Shown here piece by piece: positions 51,706 to 62,640 of a stretch of 64,000 nt of DNA. Below the pieces are notes generated by a model. That model had not been told where the DNA came from and made no database searches. It saw only the letters and a program-made list of their open reading frames with translations. Position 1 is the stretch's first letter. Each line of letters starts with the position of its first letter. The position numbers were made by a program, and so were the translations under genes. Location: the NCBI GenBank assembly GCA_040954595.2, contig CM082593.2, positions 6,084,172-6,148,171 of the forward strand, read 5' to 3'. Source of the stretch: Balanoglossus misakiensis (taxonomy: Eukaryota > Animalia > Hemichordata).

Positions 51706-54700
51706 CTAAAAGCCTGTTATCACATCTTCAGGTTCATCTGGGAATCGGTCCTCGTAATGTTCTTCCACCACGTCGCTGAAGGTAACAATGCGTCGTTTCT
51801 CCAGAAGAGCATCCGCCTCCCTCAACTCCTCTTCACGTTTTTCCTCGTCGATGTTGTCTTCTTGATCGCTGTCCAGGCCCTCGCCAAAGGTGAAGTGATC
51901 GTCAATCTGGTCGTAGTGATTCATTTCGATGCCCCCAACGTCCTCGTCTTTGCCCTGGTGGTTGAGCACTGCGCCGTACGCCAAGTTGTCAAAGGCCCTG
52001 GTCTCGTTGGGTTTTTCTGCGGTGTAAGTCTCAAATGAGGTTGGGTTGAAGATGGGGGCTTCCACATCTTTCTCTATCATGGACGACACCGAGTCGGTTT
52101 CTACAGATGACATAGAGGATACATCATCTTCCGTTGTTATCGGTGGTGGAGGAGGGCTGGGAGGCGCTGCGGATGATTTGGGTGGAGGAGGAGGAGGAGG
52201 TGGTGGTGGTGGTGGTGGTGGTGGTGGAGGCGGTGGTGGTGGGGGAGGTGCTGGGACTGTAGTATCGACTTTAGACTCAAACGTGTTGACTCGTTGTGAT
52301 ACCTTGCTAACGCGGGCATAAACCGGTGGCGATGGTGGAGCTGCCGGTTCAGGATTAGCAGGGTTAGATGCTTCAGGCGGTGCAGTTAGTAGCGGCGGTG
52401 GGGTTGCAGTCTCGCTGTTAGTCTCAAACGCGTTATCTTGTTGTGATACATTGCCGGCTTCTGCATATACTGGTAGCGGTGGCGAGGCTTCGGGTTCGGG
52501 TATTGCAAGCACGGGTTCTGCAGCGGTTACAGGGATTGGTTGCGTTGGGAGAGGGAGTGATGAGGTGCCAGAGTCATCTTTGGTTTCAAACTTACTGACT
52601 TGCTGCGATACCTTGCCAACTTGTGCATATACTGGTGGCGATGGCGAGACCTCGGGTTCAGGTATTGCAAGCACAGGTTCTGTAGAGGGTGCGGGGGTTG
52701 GTTGCGTTGGGAGTGGGGGTGAGGTGGGAGAGTCATCTGTAGTCTCGAACTTACTGTCTTGCTGCGATACCTTGCCAGCTTCTGGTGGTGGTGGCGAGAC
52801 TTCGGGTTCGGGTATTGCAAGCACGGGTGGTGCAGTTGGTGCAGGGGTTGGTTGCGGTAGGAGTGGGAGTGATGAGGTGGCGGGGTCATCTTTACTCTCA
52901 TACTTACTGACTTGCTCCGATACATGGCCAACTTGTGCGTATACTGGTGGTGATGGTGAGACTTCCGCCTCAGGTTTTGGAAGGTCTTCTTGCGGCGGTT
53001 GCGTTGTCAACAGAGGAGGTACCATTGTAATTACAGGGGAGGTTGGCTTCTCTGGCGGCGGCGGCGGAGGGGAAGATTCATCAGTGCCATCTGGTAGGTC
53101 AGGCACAGAAGAGAGCGTTTCCGGTTTGGACTCAGATCCGGATTCCTGTCCAGATTCTTTGCTTGTTTCCTTCATTGGTGGTGGCGGCAGCGGAGGCGGC
53201 GGAATCAGTGGATTGTACTGGTTCGGTGCAATTCGTTCTTGCTTGGTTTCCACGCTTATCTTCTTCGGGGCAGCAGACACTGGCGTTGCTTTGGAAACTG
53301 GGGCCACTTCACTCGCAGCCAGAATGGGTGGCGGGCCGTGCAGATCCTTGTAATTGTCTACGTCGGTGCCGGGAGGCTCCAGATTGACATACTGGCCGTA
53401 ATCGTCCGTGTAGCCCGGGTTGTCAATTGCGATAGGCTGGATTTCTTCCAGAGCACTGAGTGCGCCCATGTACGACCAATCATCACCGAGATCTGAAGCG
53501 TCTGGAAATACATCCATTGACAGCTCCTGTCAAAGATAAATATGGTATATGGTAAAGTACACACCTCGGGGACAGATTTTCGGGGGGCGACGATAATACT
53601 CCAAACATTTGAATTCTTTGTTTAAAGTGTGTGGAGAGTCCATAAATAAACAAAATAATTAATAAATTAATGTATTAATGAGTTTATGGACAATGTCCTG
53701 TTGTTTCACTGTACCTGTTCCTCATACACAACTGTTCGAGGTATATACTTAATTATTGGTTCATCTTTAACTTCCAGGTCGGGCACATCTAAAACAACTT
53801 TGTCGTCGCTGAAAGATACATTAAAGAAAGAAAATTAATCCCAGTGAAAAAAAAAATACTTCTGAGTTGATTACTTAGTTGAATTGGAAGGAGTTACTGA
53901 AGATATATGGAGTTAAAAGTATTTGCTATGAAAGATTGTTTAGTTGAATTTCACCAAGTTTCATCAATTTCTGGGTAACTCTCAAATGCACCAATGACCG
54001 AGGAGCAAAAGCTCACCTTGTTTCACCCGTAGCTTCGGCTATTAGGAATGGTTCTTTTCTGGAAGATCAAAGAACCATAAAATAAATTCGACAATTGTCA
54101 ATAATATAATTAAAAACTGTAAACCATAATAGCGGCGAGGGGAGGGAGCATTTTACAATGTAAATAGGAAGGATTGATCGAAACTGTAAACTTCCGAGTT
54201 GTCAGTAGTCGAGATTGCCCAATGTATTATTTACTACAATCATGATACATGTACTTACAAGCTCGCCATTCTATCCCAGAATTCCTGCTGTCTCAGCAGT
54301 TTCTTCTGACTCATTCTGCAGAAAACGAAAACAGAAACATAGCATTTCAGTGTTCATAAAAGCATTTTATAAACATATAATGTATACTCGGCTTCTATAG
54401 TCCGGCAACTGAATATTGTTAGGGATGTCGGTCTGGTAGGGTCAAGTGAAACTTATCAGATCAGAAATTGTATATATTTCGCAAAAAGAGACATGTGACA
54501 TGCGAGCATAATGCACGGCACACAAGACACAAGTTACCAGTGCTTGAATCAAATGAAGCCGGGCGCTTAGATTAGGTCAGTTAGAACCACGAGAGAAGAA
54601 AAACAACATTCACCGTAATTGTCAAATTCAGGCATACGTCTCACGTTAGACTAACGGTTCTTTTAACACCATTCTCGACATACAAAATCCCCGGTCGAAA

Positions 54701-57700
54701 CCCTTGGAAGCCAACCTAAAAGACTTCTATACATTCTGCCAGTCAGGCTATTCTGCAATAATGCATCATGCTTACCTGTCTTCCAGTATGACATAAATGA
54801 TCAGAACAAGGGACACTATGAAGACGACGATTGCGAGGGCGATGAGAAAAATGGCGAAATTTGGTATCTGATAGGCTGCTTTGAAAGTGTGGGTTCTGGA
54901 ACGGGTGTCTACGATGTCCACAACTTGCCAGTCCTTTTTAAATTCTTCGGGAGTTGTGTCAAACTCTTGTTGAATTCCGATGGCTTTTGTTCCAGGTGTT
55001 ACAAAGGTGTTATTGTATTGTCTGAAAAAGACATCCAACAATAAACTTTAAACACGACACGAGACAAGTGAACTATTTGTACAATCCAAATGAAAACGCA
55101 AAAGACTCACATTTCTGGAAACGACTACTATTTGCGCTATTCACTAGACGAAGACAACAACGGCCACTTACTTTATAAATTCCTCACATGTCAAGACGTA
55201 ATATGTCTTGTTCACGCTGTAAAACCACATATCAGTCCTGTCAATGGTGAATGACGGTAAGATCTATTAATTGTGACGCACTGAAGATGCACTCCGTTCG
55301 TTTAGTAAATTTTCATTTTGCATGGGGAACGTTGCTCAAAAAATGGCCAATTAAACGGAAGCGCACTTACGATGCATCTTGGTTGTTAGATCGGCTGTCG
55401 CTCACCAACGTTGCATCAAATATCAACTCGTAATTGCTCAACATATTCATTTCTCTGTGAATAAAACAAATCGAGTGATTATTCGCGAAGGGTAATACGA
55501 TTTTCTAATACAGTTTTCTGAACAGCACGACCGTGTGCGACTTTTCTCCGCAGCCGCAGATGGGACGACACCCACCCTTTAAGACATTCGTACATCAAGG
55601 TTTTAAAGTTACAACTGCTGTTCATGGAAACGCAAAAGAACAACGTCCATACCCAAGGATTTGAGGCAGGTTGCTTTCTATGTCCCCAGGCGGAAGTCCC
55701 GATTCCATGATGCAGTAGTCCTCCACGGCCAGGACATATATCTGGTGTGAGAACATGTACATAAGAAAGTTGTCGTTACTTCAAACCACAGATGACCTAA
55801 TGGCGTCTGGTATTGAACACTCGTAACACCACTGAAGCGTGCAATGGCAACATCAACCTGCATGCACTCACCCGAACTTCGGTAGCGTTCGACGACACCA
55901 ACTCCGGTGTTCCCGCGTCAGTCGCCGTTACACTAAACTCTTCGGTCAGTCCGGCGCTTCCCGTGTAGCTGCCGCTTGTCGCGTATATCTCCCCGGTTGG
56001 ACAACTGACGTGAAAACTGTCAGCATTATCTTCGTAACACAGCACAGCGTTGTCGCCTTCGTCCATATCTGTGGCCTACAATTAAACGAGAAGAATTCAG
56101 ATATGATCATTTCCATTCACTATCTTTATATTGGTTTCTCACAGAAAGCTTCTTACGTCCAACACACCATACGTTCCTGAAAAACTCTGTTATGAAATGA
56201 TTATTCTTTTAAAAAGAAAACAATACGCAAACTCATAGTTACAACAGACCGTTTCAAAAATTAACATTTTCTTTTTTTCCAGAAATTTTTCCTTTGAAAT
56301 TGCAAATTTCATATATGTGCCTTTTAATTGCTTATGAGATGAGATGAGGTTACAAACACTTACTGAAACTTGCAACAGAGATGTGCCGTAGGGGGTGTAG
56401 TCATCAATACCTCTGAAGTAAAAACTCTGCGTAAAATACGGCGCCTCGTTCAAATCAGTTATATTGACCAGAAGTAAGAATTCATTGTCATCAGTAGTGG
56501 TGTCACCATCTATATGAGATAAATGTTTGTCGTTAACATTTCAGATGAAAACGCGTATTTGCTAGGAACAAGAAAGTAATGGTAAAAAAAATGGGGAAAA
56601 TAGTCATCGCTTTATGTTACCTTGGCATCCAGGAGACTCCCCTTCGGAAACGTTCGCCAGAGCCGTCACAACAAAGACGTAGCTGGCGATCTCCTCTCTG
56701 TCCAGTACATCTGCATTGCAGATGTCGTATTCGGAACCGTTCTTGATTAAGTCGAATTTATCTTTAAAAGTCAAAGAGGAAACAATACCAGCGTTTTGAA
56801 AAAAAAGTAAAGCTATTTAGAGCATTTCTTACAAAAATATTGTCCCATAAACGTCCATGATAAAGTAACACGTAAATCCCTGAAACACATGTACCCATAT
56901 AGCTATATCACTTCTTGTCCAGTCTGATGTGGGTTTTCTACTGGCTCAAATCATGGAAGATACACACACCGGGATTTCCAGTGGATGATTCACCCCAAGT
57001 CCGTCTCGAACAAAAACTACTGGCATCCCTTTAAATTTTGAAGGATTTACCTTCGTATTTACAATCACCGCCAGTTATAAAGTAGGTAACTTCGTCTTTG
57101 TCTCCGGAGTACATGGGTTTGGGTAAATGTTCACATTCCGCATTTGGATCTTGCTCTTCTCCCATTGCGACGGTGTAACTGTAAGATGTATACACTGGTT
57201 GTCAGGCAAGCGGATAGCTGACAGAATGTTATAAGCTGGAGCATTATGTGTTAACCACGTTGGGTTGGCTTTTAGAAGCAGATGTCACTGGCCATATTTG
57301 AGATACTCGTACCTTTTGAGGACACAGTTAGCCAAACATTGAACAAAGTGAAGAATTCCCTGTCAGTTGTTATTTTTTTCATGCAGGGATTGGCCATTGA
57401 AAACCTTTATGTGTTCCTGAAATAGTACTTTGGTTTGTTCCAATATTCACAACAAGAGACTTACTATTTGTCTTCAAATATTGGCTGGTTGAAGTCTGGG
57501 TCGAACACCAGCACAGTGACCAGGGAGGTGTTTTCATGTCTCGGGGAACCATTATCGAAAGCCACCACATTGAAATGATATATCTGTCCAAACAAAAGAA
57601 AAAGACCGAGTCAATGTAACAATACCATTGCAATACTATGTCAGTAAGTCATTTAGATTATTCTGAAACAGATGAATCAAGGGTTAATATCCCGGTTGGA

Positions 57701-60493
57701 GAAAGACATGATTTTCTGCATGTTGTTTCCCTTGTGTGCACGGATACGACCTTTCTTTCTAACACCCACTTCTATTGACCATAATGCAGGTAAACCCACA
57801 CACATTACACTCAGTTGGCGTCCCATTGTTTTTCACAATCTGACCCAAGTAGCGGATACCGATTAGTATAGAAACTCATGAGTAGAGGCAGCGGTTTGCG
57901 TCACACAGCCTCTACAAGAATGGTATTACTGAGACCGTCAAGCAAGAAGAACTTCACCTTGTAGTATACACCTTTAGCTGGCAAGTCGAACGCTGCAGCA
58001 ACTGTTATTAACCCACTTTGTCTGTCGATGGCGAAGTTCATCAAAGCTTCGGTGCTGCAGCCTTCATCTTCGCATGCGTCCAGAGCGAAAGACACCTCGC
58101 CGTTCAGCTCCTGAAATTTGTATACAAAATTTGCACTCGTTTCTAATTGTACAAATCATATAGGGGGGTCGTGAAAAAATCAGGCACCACTTTCCAAACA
58201 GACGGCAAAACGACTGCTAAAATTGAAACACTATTGGCCATAGAAGGTAAACTTACAGTGTCTTCGTCCTCGCACTTCACGGTAAGAACCGGGTGACCTA
58301 TCTCCGCGGTGTCTGGTATCTCTGCATCGTATGGACCGTTGATGAAGACCGGACTGTGGTCGTTAACGTCTTGGACAATGACGGTCACATCTGTGGTTGA
58401 TTCAACCGTGTTGTTCCTGTCCGCGTCGGCGTTGGCAGCGCCGACTGTCAGGACATACGTTGACTTCGCCAAATAATCCAGCGAAGCTTTCGTATATATG
58501 TGTCCAGTGGTTTCGTCAATGTAGAACTGTCCTTCATCGCCAGCTAAAGAAAAATGAAAAGCCGTGTATCGTACAGTTTGACTTAGCATATTTGAAATCA
58601 CATGATCGCTACGTCTATAGTTTTGACAATGAAAGCAAGGGTTAGAAAATCCTTATTCTGACTGCAATTTAGAGGCAAACAAGACACATTTTCAAGATAC
58701 AATGTAGGCATTAGGGTTGTTTCTGAAAAGAACTGTAGGGGACTATACACAATTTTGAATAACGCAGATAAGGCCCATGTTCCATCAGTTTTACCTTCAA
58801 TACTGTACATGATGTTAGCGTTTACTCCACTGTCTTTGTCCGTAGCTTGCACTCTGCCCACAAAAGAGTCTTCTTCTTGACCTTCTTCGATATAGAATGT
58901 GTCTTCTGACTACAAGAAATAATTTTAACAAAAACTCATGAACGATATCGGTTATTAGGACATTCAGTTCTCATGTGATGATAAGTATACCCATGCACTC
59001 TGTGCTTGACTGTTGGTAGATATCCAATATTGAATTTGCATCGTATGAAATTTGTTGAATATAGCAATGGAATTTTTCTAATCCGGTTACTGTGGTTTGC
59101 CTTTCAGATGTCCACCTGATATCAACGGTGCAACTTACCTCTATGAACACCGGCAGGTTGTCGTTCACATCGGTGATGTAAACCTCGATTGTACCGTATC
59201 CGGTCTTTTCAGGGATGCCTCTGTCAACGGCGTAAACGATTATCTGTAATATCAAAGACATGCATTTAAGTGTATAATTCTTGGAAAATAAAATAAAATA
59301 AAATGAAGTGAAATTTATTGATAAATAGAAGAACGAATTAAGAGCAATCTCTTACCTGATAATATCTTTCCTCTTTCTCATCGTAATCAAACACGCAATT
59401 TGTGTAGATTTCTCCTGTATTGGTATCGATTGTAAATTTCGTCGTATTGCAAATCTCCCTGGTGTATCCACCTTCTGAATATATACCGTATCTGTCAATC
59501 ATCCCGGCTTCGCCCTCATCGTCATCAGTGGCTATCACTGTAGTTACACTGTAGCCTACTTCTTCGTCCTGTGGAATGTAGGTGGACATTTATAGCAATG
59601 CATGTACTAGTGTATGGCAATAAAAATTAAGGCGTGTCTGAGTCTTTTAATTATACATGTATGTGACGTATGACAGCGCTCTGTTCACGTGATGACCCCA
59701 TGAAAGTCTGCCATTGGTTAGATCTTAACTTGCCATGGTAACCATAGCTAAATTTGCATAATCGGTCGTATACACTTTAAAGGAAACCGTTCATGTATAA
59801 ACGATGCAAAGGGACAGTTTGAGTTTCTATTGAAAGCATTATTATAAATTCAACGATCAACATACCTCAGAAAGGAGAATTTCCTGCGGTTCTATGTATG
59901 GAGTGAAGATGTTTTCGATATAATTGATGGTAACGGTAACGTTGGTGGTGTCGGAGAGCGACGGAATGCCGCCATCTTCGACGATCACCTCAAACGTGAC
60001 GACATCGAGTCGACCACATAACGGGACACTGCCTCTTGTAATATCGCCAGTTGTCTCGTCAATTACGAAGTAGCCTGGATTATAGAAGGTAAAGATATCA
60101 TGGCAGGTTACAAGTTGGACTTCAGATAGTGAAACTGGTCGTAAATGTATGCCCTCTGTACAAATGCACATACACATTACCGTTTGTTTCAAGTGGTCAA
60201 AGTCGCCATCTTCTGCAAATACTTCTGATTTATGTTCTGTTTTGTGTTTTACTTTCGTGATGTAAATAGCTTCCATGTTCTATCACGATGAATCGTGTAA
60301 CTGTACCTTCGACCCGGGGATCTTCAATCTTGTACGTGACCTCTCCCGTTCCGTACGTTGGCTCATCCGGGTCGTTGGCGTGTACTGTGACGATGTAGGT
60401 GCCTTCGGGGTCAGTGTCGTCGACGGAGCCAGCGTAAGATGGCTGCTCAAATAATGGAGCTTCGTTGTCGAAGCCGACGACAGTTACCAAGAC
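51706..60493 (-). CDS. Non-classical cadherin (CDHR2/CDH23/PCDH15-like architecture), 5'-partial, with TM helix and a long Pro-rich cytoplasmic tail
   Basis: Cadherin-repeat exons: 60493-60307 (FDNEAPLF, ANDPD), 60074-59866 (DGGIPSLS), 59568-59356 (ATDDDEG, FDYDE), 59243-59139 (DVNDNLPVF), 58909-58795, 58543-58257 (LDY, DVNDHSPVF), 58110-57958, 57583-57465, and several more down to ~55370. The TM exon is at ~55021-54776 (FAIFLIALAIVVFIVSLVLIIYVIL). Short linker exons follow, then a terminal exon ~53526-51706 ending EDVITGF*. No signal-peptide exon lies in the window. Confidence 0.9.
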
Positions 60494-60767
60494 CTTTTAA
60501 TTCAAGAGTACCACAGATCATGTTTAGTGAAAAGATTGAATGCCAATCATTGTGTTAACCTGGTGTTACTCATGTACTTAGGTGACACGTGAACGAGGGG
60601 TTGACCATAGTTGGTTATCAGGGGGGTTGTTGTTCATACGTCAATTTATTATGTATTCATAACATTATCACAACGATCGTTCCACTGTCCACTGGCTGAA
60701 CTGTCTGTTGGGTTAGGCTGGGTAAAATTCCTCCATTTATATCTCAACCTAAAAGCATAACCTAAAA

Positions 60768-62288
60768 CGAAGGAAACCGAAGGAAACCGAAGGACACTGA
60801 TTTTTCCATATTTTAGTGCGAAGGACACGGTTTTCTGTATGCTAGAGGCCGAAGGACTGGTTTAGCTTCGAATTAAACGCCGAAGGACGGGTGTAGCTCC
60901 GTAATTTAGGCCGAAGGAAAGCGAAGGACGCTCATATCTCCATATTTTAGGGCGAAGGACGTGGTTTTCTCTATGCTGGGGGCCGAAGGACTGGTTTAGT
61001 TCGGTAATTAAAACTTAAGGACGGGTGTAGCTCCGTAATTTTGGCCGAAGGAAACCGAAGGACACTGATTTTTCCATATTTTAGTGCGAAGGACACGGTT
61101 TTCTGTATGCTAGAGGCCGAAGGACTGGTTTAGCTTCGAATTAAACGCCGAAGAACGGGTGTAGCTCCGTAATTTAGGCCGAAGGAAAGCGAAGGACGCT
61201 CATATCTCCATATTTTAGGGCGAAGGACGTGGTTTTCTCTATGCTGGGGCCGAAGGACTGGTTTAGTTCGGTAATTAAAGCTTAAGGACGGGTGTAGCTC
61301 CGTAATATTGGCCGAAGGAAACCGAAGGACAGTCATATTTCCATTTTTTAGGGCGAAGGAAAAGGAAGGACAGTCATATTTCCATATTTTAGGGCGAAGG
61401 ACGTGGTTTTCTCTATGCTGGGGGCCGAAGGACTGGTTTAGTTCGGTAATTAAAACTTAAGGACGGGTGTAGCTCCGTAATTTTGGCCGAAGGAAACCGA
61501 AGGACACTGATTTTTCCATATTTTAGTGCGAAGGACACGGTTTTCTGTATGCTAGAGGCCGAAGGACTGGTTTAGCTTCGAATTAAACGCCGAAGGACGG
61601 GTGTAGCTCCGTAATTTAGGCCGAAGGAAAGCGAAGGACGCTCATATCTCCATATTTTAGGGCGAAGGACGTGGTTTTCTCTATGCTGGGGGCCGAAGGA
61701 CTGGTTTAGTTCGGTAATTAAAGCTTAAGGACGGGTGTAGCTCCGTAATATTGGCCGAAGGAAACCGAAGGACAGTCATATTTCCATTTTTTAGGGCGAA
61801 GGAAAAGGAAGGACAGTCATATTTCCATATTTTAGGGCGAAGGACGTGGTTTTCTCTATGCTGGGGGCCGAAGGACTGGTTTAGTTCGGTAATTAAAACT
61901 TAAGGACGGGTGTAGCTCCGTAATTTTGGCCGAAGGAAACCGAAGGACACTGATTTTTCCATATTTTAGTGCGAAGGACACGGTTTTCTGTATGCTAGAG
62001 GCCGAAGGACTGGTTTAGCTTCGAATTAAACGCCGAAGGACGGGTGTAGCTCCGTAATTTAGGCCGAAGGAAAGCGAAGGACGCTCATATCTCCATATTT
62101 TAGGGCGAAGGACGTGGTTTTCTCTATGCTGGGGGCCGAAGGACTGGTTTAGTTCGGTAATTAAAGCTTAAGGACGGGTGTAGCTCCGTAATATTGGCCG
62201 AAGGAAACCGAAGGACAGTCATATTTCCATTTTTTAGGGCGAAGGAAAAGGAAGGACAGTCATATTTCCATATTTTAGGGCGAAGGAC
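60768..62288 (+). repeat. 134-bp tandem repeat with higher-order structure (left arm of a foldback-like element)
   Basis: GAAGGA motif at 60789, 60820, 60851, 60882, 60913 and 60923 (spacing 31,31,31,31,10). Monomer variants A/B/C; higher-order period ~443 bp (61060, 61502, 61945). Confidence 0.95.
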
Positions 62289-62382
62289 ACGATTCTCTCA
62301 CGATTATCAGAGACTTGGCGTCAGCTAGTACACGTCTGACCAGAGTTACTGATATCAATGTCGAGATCTTAAGTAGAGTGTC

Positions 62383-62638
62383 ATGTTTACACGAAACAAA
62401 ACTAAACAAACATACCTCATAGAAATGCTATCACTAATTCTACGTAACAATACTTTTGAATTAAACAACAAATTCTACAAGCAAAGATGCAGTTGTACCG
62501 TGGGCTCAAATGCTTCACCGGGAATAGCCGACATTACGTTCCATGAACTGGAAATGAAAAACAACTGACAAAAAACGATCTCAACACAAGATCACACTAT
62601 TGATATCCTAATTCCGAGATACAGAGAGATGGATACTA
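62383..62638 (+). pseudogene. Degenerate reverse-transcriptase fragment, Penelope-like element type
   Basis: LIEMLSLILRNNTFELNNKFYKQRCSCTVGSNASPGIADITFHELE resembles the PLE RT motif (L..N.F.FN...Y.Q..G.AMGS..SP..A.I.M..LE). The GxAMG motif is decayed, a stop follows, and a frameshifted RYRDD-like remnant lies at ~62618-62635. Confidence 0.7.
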
Positions 62639-62640
62639 AT

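Noticed and set aside
52046-53353. Gly-rich plus-strand ORFs (91 aa and 300 aa)
   Set aside because: They are antisense shadows of the Pro-rich cadherin exon.
60768-62288. CRISPR-like appearance (short conserved repeat with ~23-bp spacers)
   Set aside because: The spacers themselves recur every 134/443 bp, the conserved part is only 7-8 bp, there are no cas genes, and the context is eukaryotic.
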